A stretch of DNA of 63,937 nucleotides from a virus (taxonomy: Duplodnaviria; Caudoviricetes): positions 1-63,937 of the IMG/VR virus record IMGVR_UViG_3300037483_000247. The stretch is one strand, 5' to 3'. This document shows, one piece after another, positions 16,838-26,328 of this stretch. How positions within the stretch are numbered: position 1 is the stretch's first letter; every line of letters starts with the position of its first letter. A program made the translations under genes and the position numbers. The notes under the pieces are model-generated. The model saw only the letters and a list, made by a program, of their open reading frames with translations. It did no database searches and was not told the origin of the DNA.

Positions 16838-17019
16838 CCCCGAAAAAATCCTCGCGCACACCACAGAAAGGCTCGGGCCAGATCGCAGGACCGACGTATC
16901 TGCATCAGCTTGCCCGGGATGTTCTTGCAGGGTATGACTACGACAAAGACCGCTACGCCGCCAAGCAACTGCATCGCCGGCGAAAGAATGCGCTGCGGAA
17001 GAATGTATAGAGGAAAATC

Positions 17020-17325
17020 ATGAGACTGAGAAAACTTTCCGAACTTCCTGATTTCGCGGGGAAGAAATTGTTGCTCGAATCCGAGAATCGCGGGGCCAAA
17101 ATCTGTGCGGGTATGGGGATGAATGCAGAGCCGTTGATATTGATTGGGCTGGCTGATATTTTGGTTGGGAACATAATCCGCGTGCGCGATTGTTTGAAGA
17201 AACTTCATCACTACGCAGAATCGGCTCATGATACGTCGGGAGAATTTTTCGATTACGAAACGATGAGAGAGACGAGTAAACTTATTGCCGAGATTGATGC
17301 GATTGTGGAAAAAGGAAAATCATGA
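17020..17325 (+). CDS. Hypothetical protein
   Basis: SD GAGG. Confidence 0.6.
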   Translation: MRLRKLSELPDFAGKKLLLESENRGAKICAGMGMNAEPLILIGLADILVGNIIRVRDCLKKLHHYAESAHDTSGEFFDYETMRETSKLIAEIDAIVEKGKS

Positions 17326-17507
17326 AAATTTGCATGAAAGCAAGCGATTCGAAAAAAGATGAGACGCACATCCAGCACGATTCCAGTCTTGGATTTCAAA
17401 TCTGGATTGGTCAGGGAGTGCTGCACATCCGCGCAAAGGATCGGTATGAACCAGATGCCAGCCGCACGACCATCGTCGCGGACGCTGGGATCGAGGTTGT
17501 GAAGTAA
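17322..17507 (+). CDS. Hypothetical protein
   Basis: ATGA coupling. Confidence 0.55.
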   Translation: MKICMKASDSKKDETHIQHDSSLGFQIWIGQGVLHIRAKDRYEPDASRTTIVADAGIEVVK

Positions 17508-17756
17508 ATGATAAAACGGAAGGGCGCAATGATTGAGACCGAACCACCGAACGTCTTGAAGCTTTTATCTGGAAACGCAAAGCCGGACCCGAGTGCGGAA
17601 GCTATGCGCGTGGTGATGACTGAGATTCAATCTGGAGTGGCGGCGAAAAGGCTTGATATTTTTTCACAAATCGCGTGGATAAAGTACCGGGCGCTTGTGA
17701 AAGCAGGATTCACCGAGGGGCAGGCAATCTATCTGGTAGGCATAGCATCATTGTGA
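17508..17756 (+). CDS. Hypothetical protein (Y.AL..AGFTE.QA motif)
   Basis: Common phage motif. Confidence 0.6.
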   Translation: MIKRKGAMIETEPPNVLKLLSGNAKPDPSAEAMRVVMTEIQSGVAAKRLDIFSQIAWIKYRALVKAGFTEGQAIYLVGIASL

Positions 17757-17760
17757 GGAT

Positions 17761-18324
17761 TTGACATTTCCCGAAATTTGCGGGAAACTCGCGCGCATGG
17801 CCAACTTGAGAATCGCTTATGCCGCAAGTCAGTTCGCAAATCTGGACTGGAATGAGTCTATCGAACGCCCCATTGATCGGGTTGCTGCAGCCGGCAAAAC
17901 CTCGCGGCTCGAGGTCTGGAAAGCCGCTTACTCCCGCGAGCCGAGCGCTATCAGGCACCTGCACCGGACTATCCTCGCGGTATTCCGAGAACGATACCCC
18001 AGAGACCAACATGCTGAGCCGATATGCGAGCAGGCGATCCATGAGTGGCTTTGTCCCCAGTGCCATACCTGCCATGGAGCTCGTCAGGTTACCGATCCAG
18101 GAAACGAGAATACGACGGTGCCGTGCGGAGACTGTCACGGCAGCGGCAAGCAGCGGCACAGCGATGAGGCGCGTAGCCGCAGGATGCAGATTAGCTACGC
18201 GCAGACCAAGCACAGCGCACACAAGATCGTCTGGCTGCTCAATTGGCTGGCGAACAACGATGCCGAAATCAACAGAGTCATGAACGTGGAGCTAGGACGC
18301 GGCCAAACCGCGACAGAACACTGA
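17761..18324 (+). CDS. Late antitermination protein Q-like (Zn finger)
   Basis: EWL.PQCHTCHG...CGDCHGSG; lies just upstream of a terminator and the late genes. Confidence 0.65.
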   Translation: MTFPEICGKLARMANLRIAYAASQFANLDWNESIERPIDRVAAAGKTSRLEVWKAAYSREPSAIRHLHRTILAVFRERYPRDQHAEPICEQAIHEWLCPQCHTCHGARQVTDPGNENTTVPCGDCHGSGKQRHSDEARSRRMQISYAQTKHSAHKIVWLLNWLANNDAEINRVMNVELGRGQTATEH

Positions 18325-18421
18325 ACGGATCGGAGTAGTGATCGTCGGAGCAGCCATCCGACGCTGGCCATGATCTATTCGTTCGCCCATCATTTCGCTG
18401 CGATCCTCCTCCGCAGCTTTC

Positions 18422-18447
18422 GCCCAGCCTAGATGCTGGGCTTTTTT
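18422..18447 (+). terminator. Intrinsic terminator (tR'-like)
   Basis: GCCCAGC-6-GCTGGGC-TTTTTT. Confidence 0.8.
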
Positions 18448-18459
18448 ATTGATTCCAAA

Positions 18460-19365
18460 ATGGCAAGACTGGCAACGCTTAAGCCTCGCGTGCAGGCATT
18501 ACGGCCGAGATTGGCGGCGCAATGCAAGCCGTCGCAACAAGCAGGCTACCGAATACGTGGTCGAGCGCTTATGACTTTACGGGCGCGGCACTTCCGAGCA
18601 AACCCTCTGTGCATAATGTGTCTCACGTCAGACCCACCGCGCATTACCGTCGCGATCGAACTTGACCATATCATCGCGCTGACCAACGGTGGCACGAACG
18701 CCGACGAAAATTATCAAGGTTTGTGCGAGGATTGTCATCGCATAAAGACGCTCGCTGATCTAGGCATCAAGTCCGATGCGTTCACGTTCAAAGGCCCACG
18801 CTGGAGGCTGGCTGAACGCGCACCGGAGATACAGCAACAGCAGCATGATTTCGCTGAGCTACGGTTCCCGAGCGATCTGAGTCCGTCACGCATACCCTGC
18901 ATCATGGTCTGCGGCCCGCCGAACGGCGGTAAAGGCCCATACATCAAGGCACATGCCGGCTCCAACGACGTGACGATCGAACAGGATCAGATCATGCGCG
19001 AGCTGTCAGGTGGGCCCGTGTGGGCAGCAGGGATCGAATGGCTACCCAAGGCTCTAGCCGAGCGCAACAGGCGCCTGCGAGCGCTGGCGCATGACTACAC
19101 GCACGATCGGGCATGGTTTCGGATCAATGCCCCCGATCCAGATGAGCGCGCGCTATGGGCTGAGCGACTATGTGCCACCGTGGTGCTGCTCGCGCCTCCA
19201 TTGGAGGAATGCATCCGGCGCATCAAGGCCGAGCCGTATCATGAGGGATATACCGAGCGCATGATCAAGGCTGCTGAGGATTGGTGGGCGATGAATCCGG
19301 ACATCAAGACGAGCCAAGGCGAGGGTGGATTCTGGGTAGAATTAGCGAAGCCGATCAGCGCGTGA
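18460..19365 (+). CDS. Packaging-associated HNH (HK97 gp74-like) fused to a P-loop/AAA_33-like domain
   Basis: NPLC..C, ELDHII.L..GG.N...NYQGLC..CH..KT, then VCGPPNGGKG. Confidence 0.8.
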   Translation: MARLATLKPRVQALRPRLAAQCKPSQQAGYRIRGRALMTLRARHFRANPLCIMCLTSDPPRITVAIELDHIIALTNGGTNADENYQGLCEDCHRIKTLADLGIKSDAFTFKGPRWRLAERAPEIQQQQHDFAELRFPSDLSPSRIPCIMVCGPPNGGKGPYIKAHAGSNDVTIEQDQIMRELSGGPVWAAGIEWLPKALAERNRRLRALAHDYTHDRAWFRINAPDPDERALWAERLCATVVLLAPPLEECIRRIKAEPYHEGYTERMIKAAEDWWAMNPDIKTSQGEGGFWVELAKPISA

Positions 19366-19409
19366 ACGCTGGCCGGCTTCTGACCACGCAACGATCTAGG
19401 AGATCGAAG

Positions 19410-19874
19410 ATGGCTGAAACGGATTGTATCCCAACTTGCAAGTGCGGTAAGCCGCTCAAGCGATTCGTGTCATCAGGACGCTATGCTGCCGCGTGCGGAC
19501 CATCTTGCTACCCGAGTATCGGACTTCGCGTCCCGCAGGTACAGCGTCCGAACCATCCATGCGCTGATTGTGGAAAGCCCGTATGGAGCGGGTCGGTGCG
19601 TTGCAAAAAGTGCAACGGATTGCGTGTCCGTAAGATTGCAGATAGCCTGTGCAAAGGCTGCGGCAAGACGTTCAAACCGAAGAGGCGCAGGGAATCTAGT
19701 TACTGCTCTCGTGAGTGCGCGTTTGAGCATAAGACAACGCCTGAGCGCAAGGCGCAGATTGTCGCGGCAGACGAGGCACGTAAGACGCGGTGGTCAACGC
19801 GCATCGGCCAGCACATGCAGCGCAATAACTCGCATCATATTGCACAGCAACAAGACCACCGGGGGGGCTTCTGA
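19410..19874 (+). CDS. Multi-Zn-ribbon protein, possibly a truncated HNH
   Basis: Repeated CxxC and C..CGK.F.....YCS.EC; no nuclease domain before the stop. Confidence 0.55.
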   Translation: MAETDCIPTCKCGKPLKRFVSSGRYAAACGPSCYPSIGLRVPQVQRPNHPCADCGKPVWSGSVRCKKCNGLRVRKIADSLCKGCGKTFKPKRRRESSYCSRECAFEHKTTPERKAQIVAADEARKTRWSTRIGQHMQRNNSHHIAQQQDHRGGF

Positions 19875-20012
19875 CCATAGAATCCGTCGTCAGCGAACAC
19901 CCCATTTCCCCAAATTGGCATGTTTTTTAAACCCAAGCCCGATAATTTCATAGGGTGGCAAATGATGCATGGTATTGCAGCGCAACAATGCAGTAGTTTT
20001 ATTGCATCGCAA
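19816..20012. other. Candidate cos/packaging initiation region
   Basis: G7 run at 19861, then CCCC and T-tract, between HNH and terminase as in HK97-like phages; flanked by four TGCANNGCAA boxes. Confidence 0.45.
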
Positions 20013-20034
20013 TAACTCTTTTTCATAGGCGAAC

Positions 20035-21104
20035 TTGGAAACTACCGCAGTGCAACAATGGCCACTTGATCGCCTGAAGGAATACGCCGGTAATCCCAGG
20101 AAAAATGATCATGCGATTGATCAGGCGGCGAAGGCGATCAAAACATTCGGTTTCCGCGTGCCAATCCTGGCGAAGTCGGACGGCCTGATTGTTGACGGCC
20201 ATCTTCGGCTGAAGGCTGCGCGCCAGCTTGGGCTTGCTACCGTGCCCGTGTTGCTTGCGGATGACATGACCGAGACGCAGGTGCGCGCGTTCCGGTTGTC
20301 GGTAAACAAGATCGCCGATCTTGCGGAATGGGATGCTGATCTGCTCGCCTTCGAACTGGACGGCCTGCGCGACCTTGAGTTCGACATGTCAACGATCGGC
20401 TTCGCGCCGGGCGAGTTGAACGACCTGATCGGGACGCCGAATACCGGGTTTGATCCTGACGAGGTTCCGCCTGCGCCGGTGGTGCCGGTGTCGCGGGCTG
20501 GCGATCTGTGGCTGCTCGGGCCGAAGCATAGGCTGCTCTGCGGTGACTCCACGCGCGCCGCCGACGTAGCGCGGCTGATGGGCGGGGCGAAGGCCGATCT
20601 GTGCTTTACCTCGCCGCCCTACGCGAACCAGCGCGACTACGGCGGCAATGTTGGCGACTGGGACACGCTCATGCAGGGCGTGTTCGCCGCGCTTCCGATG
20701 GCCCCGGCGATGGGATTCACCAGATTGATAATCGCGAAGCGAGCCTACAGCCAACCAAGGTTCCAGACTCTGTGATTAGGGTCCTAAGACAACAAGGACG
20801 AGTGAGTGATGACGGGGATCATCCCGCGATATTTCCGGTCGCATTACCTGAGTTTGTTATGCGCTCGTGGCCGGGCATCTGCTACGAGCCGTTTGCTGGT
20901 AGCGGCACCACGATCATCGCAGCAGAAATTACCAGCAGCGCTTGCTACGCCTGCGAAATTCATCCGCAGTATGCGGACATTGCGGCATTGAGATTCGAGA
21001 AATTTTCCGGCAAGCAAGCCACACTCGACACCGACGGCAGAACCTTTGAGGAAGTGAAACTTGAGCGCACGAGGAATCAAGCCGAAGCCGCTGCTGAACA
21101 ATGA
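20035..21104 (+). pseudogene. ParB-N/DNA methyltransferase fusion, internally deleted and frameshifted near 20700
   Basis: Frame A: NPRKN, DGHLR, HRLLCGDS, FTSPPY. Frame B: HPAIFPV, YEPFAGSGTT. The usual central segment is absent. Confidence 0.75.
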
Positions 21105-21606
21105 CCCGGTGGACTTACGCCCTCCGGGTTGGATGTCGCGCCGGCAGAAAATGATGTGGCGCACCGCTGCGGGTAATGCTCCCGGTGGCTTGCTGTCATT
21201 GATGGACGCCGGAATTCTCACGACATGGGTAATCGCTGCGGACACTTATCGCCGGGCAATCGAGGACATGCGGGGTTCGGGCTTGATCGTCAAAACTCGG
21301 ATTGTCGAAATCATCAAGACGAAAAAAGACGGCACGGTCACGAAGGAAATCAAAGGAGGGCAACCGATTCAGAATCCCTATCTTCCGATCATCAACAAGC
21401 AGGCGCAGATTATGATTAAAGCAGCGGGTGAATTGGGATTTACGCCGATAGGCAGGAGCCGCTTGGATAAAATGATCAAGGAGGCTGCACCCAAGGAACC
21501 TGCTGCCGAGAAGATCGGCAAGAAAGCGCAGCAAAATGCGGATGCGGTAATCGCGCAGCAGGGCACGGACTGGGCCGATATTCTGCCGAGCGCGCCTCTG
21601 CAATAG
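21061..21606 (+). CDS. terS: Terminase small subunit (P27-like)
   Basis: RG.KPKP, PP.W, NPY, ELGFTP..RSRL. Confidence 0.85.
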   Translation: MSARGIKPKPLLNNDPVDLRPPGWMSRRQKMMWRTAAGNAPGGLLSLMDAGILTTWVIAADTYRRAIEDMRGSGLIVKTRIVEIIKTKKDGTVTKEIKGGQPIQNPYLPIINKQAQIMIKAAGELGFTPIGRSRLDKMIKEAAPKEPAAEKIGKKAQQNADAVIAQQGTDWADILPSAPLQ

Positions 21607-21612
21607 GCGCGT

Positions 21613-23274
21613 ATGACGTGGGACTTGAGCAATAAGGGATGGGAGGCAAAGCTAAAGGCTGGTAAATCGCTGATCCCTGATCTTCCGCTTTATCGTGTCG
21701 GAGACAGAGCTGTCGCCGTATTTAACAAGCTGCGGCTGGCGGACGTGCCGGGAACGCCTTATCTTGCTGAGGCTGCCGGGGATTGGTTCCGCGAGATAGT
21801 GCGTGTTGTATTCGGATCGTGTGATCCGGTAACGCAAGTCCGCGCTATCAGAGAATTTTTCCTGCTAGTGCCTAAAAAAAATTGGAAAACGGGCGGCGGC
21901 GCTTTGATCATGCTGACTGCATTGTTGCTGAATAGACGCCCGAACGCGCCGTTGTTTTTTGTCGCACCTGTTCACGAAACTGCGGAGATGGCATTTTCTG
22001 CTGCCGCTGGTGCGATTGCGCTTGATGAAGTGCTATCGAAAAAGCTTCATGTCCGCGATCATCTTAAAAAGATTGTGCATCGTGAGAGCGGCGCAGAGCT
22101 TTCAATCGTGACGTTTGATCCCGCGACGTTGACCGGGAAAAAATGCGCGGCTGTGCTTGTTGATGAGTTGCACGTCGTATCGAAGATGAGCAAGGCGCCG
22201 AGTGCGATACGCCAGCTTCGCGGCGGCATGATTCCGTTTGGCGAAGCATTCATGATGTTCATCACGACCCAAAGTGAGGAAGCACCGAGCGGAGTATTCA
22301 AGTCTGAACTTTTGAAAGCGCGCGGTATTCGCGACGGCAAGATGAAGGGAGCGACGCTCCCTATTCTCTACGAGTGGCCGCGCGACATGCAGAAAGATCA
22401 AGACGTGTGGCGTGATCACAAAAATTGGAAAATGATCACGCCCAACGATGGGCGCTCGGTTACCGTAGCGCGCTTGATCGAGGAATTCGATGTAGCTCAA
22501 TCCACTGGCGACGACGAACTGAGGGCTTGGGCTTCGCAGCATCTCAATGTTGAAATTGGCGTAGCACTGCACTCAGACCGCTGGGCCGGTGCTGATTTTT
22601 GGGAAGCACGCGGAGATCAAACGCTAACGCTTGACGAGTTGATAAGACGTTGCGAGGTGATAACGGCAGGCGTTGACTTCGGTGGCATGGACGATTGGCT
22701 TGCTCTGTCGTTTACCGGTCGGGAAAAGATAACAGGACGTTGGCTGCATTGGGCGCACGCCTGGGCGCACCCGATAGCGTTCGTTCGCAGAAAATCCGAG
22801 GCAGAGCGCTGGAAAGATTTTGTAGGCGATGGTGATCTTACGGTCGTCGAGCAAGTCGGCGACGAGGTTTCCGCAGTCATTGCAATCATCATGAAGTGCG
22901 AAAAGTCGGGATTGCTTGAACGAATTGGTGTTGACCGCTATAAGATTCAGGAAATTTTCGACGGGTTGATCAAGGAAGGTCTTGCAGAGGATAGGATTGT
23001 AGCGATTGATCAGGGTTGGAAGCTGGTCGGCGCGATATCAACTACCGAACGCAGGTTAGCCTCTGGTAAGTTCGTGCATGGTGGCAGTGCGATGATGGCG
23101 TATTGTGTGGGTAATGCCAAAGTGGAAACCAAAGGAAATAATATCGTAATCTCGAAGCAGATAGCGGGTGCCTCGAAGATTGATCCGCTGATGGCCACGT
23201 TTAACGCAGTCAGTCTGCTTGCCCTTAACCCGGAGGCCGCTAAGAAAAAGTTCCAGTTTTTCGCCATCGGATGA
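21613..23274 (+). CDS. terL: Terminase large subunit
   Basis: VPKKNWKT Walker A, VDELH, ITTQ, GVDFGG.DD, KIDPLMA. Confidence 0.93.
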   Translation: MTWDLSNKGWEAKLKAGKSLIPDLPLYRVGDRAVAVFNKLRLADVPGTPYLAEAAGDWFREIVRVVFGSCDPVTQVRAIREFFLLVPKKNWKTGGGALIMLTALLLNRRPNAPLFFVAPVHETAEMAFSAAAGAIALDEVLSKKLHVRDHLKKIVHRESGAELSIVTFDPATLTGKKCAAVLVDELHVVSKMSKAPSAIRQLRGGMIPFGEAFMMFITTQSEEAPSGVFKSELLKARGIRDGKMKGATLPILYEWPRDMQKDQDVWRDHKNWKMITPNDGRSVTVARLIEEFDVAQSTGDDELRAWASQHLNVEIGVALHSDRWAGADFWEARGDQTLTLDELIRRCEVITAGVDFGGMDDWLALSFTGREKITGRWLHWAHAWAHPIAFVRRKSEAERWKDFVGDGDLTVVEQVGDEVSAVIAIIMKCEKSGLLERIGVDRYKIQEIFDGLIKEGLAEDRIVAIDQGWKLVGAISTTERRLASGKFVHGGSAMMAYCVGNAKVETKGNNIVISKQIAGASKIDPLMATFNAVSLLALNPEAAKKKFQFFAIG

Positions 23275-23822
23275 ACTGGCTCGACGAGTTGGACGCGTAT
23301 TGCGAGCCGTTACGCGCGAAGGCGAATTACAACACCGGCAGCATAAGCCGAACATCGTGCATGATCCTTCGGGACCTGACGGAATTCTACAAGCCTAAAG
23401 TCATCGTTGAGATCGGGACTTTCATCGGCAAGTCCACGCTGTCGATGAAGGCAGATCATATCTACACGTGCGATAAGGACAACGACTGCCTGCCGTCGAG
23501 CGAAAGAATAACGTGCTTTCCGAAAACGAAGTCAACAACGATGCTTGCCGAACTGGTCAAGCGAAGTGTCGTTGCAGATTTCTTTTTCTTCGATGGGCGG
23601 ATTCAGAGAGAAGATATTCCGATGATCCTGTCAATGTCGCATCCGAACACGGTGTATGCGTTCGATGATTTCTATGCCGAGAATGGCCGTGGACAAAAAG
23701 GCATCGTCAACGTCAATCGGTTGCATCCACTGCTGCCGAAGCACCGGCTGACGGAACCCGTATTACAGGATACAACGATTGCAGTGCTTTACCCGGAGAG
23801 TTCAAAGTATCCGGAGTTGTAA
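23271..23822 (+). CDS. Class I SAM-dependent methyltransferase (Methyltransf_24-like)
   Basis: IVEIGTFIGKST, FFFDG, FDD. Confidence 0.75.
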   Translation: MNWLDELDAYCEPLRAKANYNTGSISRTSCMILRDLTEFYKPKVIVEIGTFIGKSTLSMKADHIYTCDKDNDCLPSSERITCFPKTKSTTMLAELVKRSVVADFFFFDGRIQREDIPMILSMSHPNTVYAFDDFYAENGRGQKGIVNVNRLHPLLPKHRLTEPVLQDTTIAVLYPESSKYPEL

Positions 23823-23839
23823 AAGTTTCACTGTCACAC

Positions 23840-23865
23840 AAGCCGCTCTCGAGGCGGCTTTTTTT
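23840..23865 (+). terminator. Intrinsic terminator
   Basis: AAGCCGC..GCGGCTT followed by a T-run. Confidence 0.75.
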
Positions 23866-23878
23866 ATTGGAGTCAATC

Positions 23879-24475
23879 ATGCTCAAACGCGCTTACGGCC
23901 AGATCATCATCAAGGCCATCGATGAGGACCAACGCATCATCGAGGGTATGGCAACGAGCATTACCGCCGACAGATACGGCGATGTTGTTGAACCATCCGG
24001 TGCAGAGTACTCCTTGCCGATGCCATTCCTGATGCAGCATGACTCGCATGAGCCGATTGGCCACGTGATTGATGCGAAGGTATCGAAGAATGGAATCACT
24101 ATCAAAGCAAAGCTCGTGAAGATTGCCGAGCCGGGCAAGCTCAAGGATCGTCTCGATGAAGCATGGCAGTCCATCAAATCGGGCCTCGTGCGCGGGTTGT
24201 CAATCGGTTTTACTCCTATCGAGTCCGCGAGAATCAAGGATACTTACAGCGAACACTATCTGAAATGGTCGTGGCTCGAAACTTCTTGCTGCGTAATCGC
24301 AGCAAACGCAGATGCCAGCATCACCGCTATCAAATCGGCCGATCAAGCTGCTCGCTGCGCCACGCATGGCGCACCAAGCGCGCGGATGAATCGACCGAAC
24401 GCCGGCAAGTCCGGCTCTCCCGACGCATCGGGACCCAAGCAACCCGCTCAACGGCGGGTATTTTTTCCCGAATAA
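23879..24475 (+). CDS. HK97-type prohead protease
   Basis: DRYGDVV, QHD..PIG, GLSIGF, E.S....AN..A. Confidence 0.9.
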   Translation: MLKRAYGQIIIKAIDEDQRIIEGMATSITADRYGDVVEPSGAEYSLPMPFLMQHDSHEPIGHVIDAKVSKNGITIKAKLVKIAEPGKLKDRLDEAWQSIKSGLVRGLSIGFTPIESARIKDTYSEHYLKWSWLETSCCVIAANADASITAIKSADQAARCATHGAPSARMNRPNAGKSGSPDASGPKQPAQRRVFFPE

Positions 24476-24485
24476 GGAGCATCGC

Positions 24486-25859
24486 ATGAAAACGCTACAA
24501 GAACTGATTGAAGCTCGGACCCAAAAATCCGCGCGCATGACGGAGCTGATTGATCTGCGCTCCGCTGAAAAACGCAAGTTCACCGATGACGAGGCGACGG
24601 AGTTCGACACGCTCGATTCCGAAGTCGGCGATCTGGACGACGAAATCCGCGTCAAGCGCTACGAAGAACGCCAGGCCGCATCGGCGACTCGCGTCAAAGG
24701 CGAGAATCGCGAAGAAGCGCACGCCTCCCGCGGCGGTATCTCGTTCGTGAAAAAGACGGACCCTGACGACACCTTCAAGGGCCAGTCCTACACTCGCTGC
24801 CTGATCGCGCGCGCCATTGCCTATATCGGCATGCGTGAGGGCAACTTCGTCAACCCCGCCGATATCGCGCAGAAACGTTGGGGCAGGACTCACCCTAATC
24901 TGGTGAACGTGATCAAAGCCGGTGTTGCCGGCGGCGGCACGGGGTCCGGAGAGTGGGGTGCGGAGCTGGCATCGAGCGATGCTCGCTTTACCGGCGACTT
25001 CATCGAGTTCCTCTACGCCGCAACGGTCTTCGATCGCTTGCCGCTGCGCTCCGTGCCGGCGCGCGTGCATATCAAAGGCCAAGATGGTGCTGCGACGGGG
25101 TACTGGGTCGGTGAGTCCAAGGGTATCCCGGTGTCCAAGCCGGACTTCAGCGACGTTGAACTGACGCCCCTGAAGGTCGGCGCGATCGCGGTTTGCAGCA
25201 AGGAACTGGTGGCGGATTCCTCGCCGTCGGCTGAGTTGTGGATTCGCGACAGCATCGTGCAGGCTTCCGCGCAGCGCGTCGATACGACTTTCTTGTCGGC
25301 TACTGCGGCAAGCTCGGGCGTGTCTCCCGCCGGCATCCTCAACGGCCTATCGGGTGCCGCACCTTCGGGTACTGATTCGGCGGCCGTAATCGCAGATTTG
25401 CAAACGCTCTATACCGGCTTCCTCACCGCGAAGAACGCCTCCGGATTGGTGATGATTATGACGCCGGGAATGGCAAAAGCCATTTCGTTGATGTTCACGA
25501 GCCTCGGAGTGCGGCAGTTTCCGGACATCAATTCGACGGGCGGCAATCTGCTCGGCGACCCGGTGTTCACCGGCGAGAACGTGACCGACGGCGATTGGAT
25601 CCTGATGAAGCCTTCCGACATTTGGAAAATCGGCGACGGCGGGGTCGAGGTCAGCATGTCGGACTCGGCGACGATCGAGCAGGACAGTGTTCCGGTTGGC
25701 GCGACTGATACGCCTGTTGCAGCTTCGGCCACGTTGGTCAGTTTGTGGCAGGAAGAGTCGGTCGGGTTCAAAGTTGTGCGTCGGATTAATTATCAAAAAA
25801 GACGCTCTACGGCGGTCGCGTTTTTGGCCGATGGCGAATACGGCGGCGTGATCAGCTAA
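24486..25859 (+). CDS. Major capsid protein (HK97 fold with N-terminal delta domain)
   Basis: Coiled N-terminus, WVGE....P, SKEL..DS.P, P.GILNG. Confidence 0.92.
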   Translation: MKTLQELIEARTQKSARMTELIDLRSAEKRKFTDDEATEFDTLDSEVGDLDDEIRVKRYEERQAASATRVKGENREEAHASRGGISFVKKTDPDDTFKGQSYTRCLIARAIAYIGMREGNFVNPADIAQKRWGRTHPNLVNVIKAGVAGGGTGSGEWGAELASSDARFTGDFIEFLYAATVFDRLPLRSVPARVHIKGQDGAATGYWVGESKGIPVSKPDFSDVELTPLKVGAIAVCSKELVADSSPSAELWIRDSIVQASAQRVDTTFLSATAASSGVSPAGILNGLSGAAPSGTDSAAVIADLQTLYTGFLTAKNASGLVMIMTPGMAKAISLMFTSLGVRQFPDINSTGGNLLGDPVFTGENVTDGDWILMKPSDIWKIGDGGVEVSMSDSATIEQDSVPVGATDTPVAASATLVSLWQEESVGFKVVRRINYQKRRSTAVAFLADGEYGGVIS

Positions 25860-25881
25860 CCCGTGGTAATTGCGTGACATT

Positions 25882-25907
25882 CGGGCCTCTTCGGAGGCCC
25901 GTTTTTT
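25882..25907 (+). terminator. Intrinsic terminator
   Basis: CGGGCCTC-TTCG-GAGGCCCG-TTTTTT. Confidence 0.85.
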
Positions 25908-25950
25908 GAGTGGCTGAATAACGGACGCTCAGAAAACGGAGAAAAGTAAA

Positions 25951-26328
25951 ATGTCCATTCCTCTCAAAGCCCGCCGTTCGTTCGTCTACGCCGGCCATCG
26001 TCTTAAGGCTGGCCAAGATTTTGACGCGAGCGGCAATAGCGATGCCAATCTGTTGAAGGCAATCGGTCACGCCGAAGATCGTCGGGCCGCGCCTACGCCC
26101 GATTGGAAGCCGCCCGCGCAATACAAGACGCGCATCATGACTTCCGAGCAGCCGGCGAAAGTTTCGCAGAATCCGCCGCTGATAACGAAGGTCAACGCTG
26201 ATCTCGGCAGCATGGACATAGACGAGCTTCGCGCGCTCGCCGACAGTCTCGGCATCTACGTCCATCATCGCGCCGGAGCATGGCGGGTGCGTCAGGCGAT
26301 CATCGATTACAGGCAATCCAAAGAATGA
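25951..26328 (+). CDS. Small head-associated protein with C-terminal Rho-N/HeH-like motif
   Basis: MDIDELRALA..LGI. Confidence 0.6.
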   Translation: MSIPLKARRSFVYAGHRLKAGQDFDASGNSDANLLKAIGHAEDRRAAPTPDWKPPAQYKTRIMTSEQPAKVSQNPPLITKVNADLGSMDIDELRALADSLGIYVHHRAGAWRVRQAIIDYRQSKE

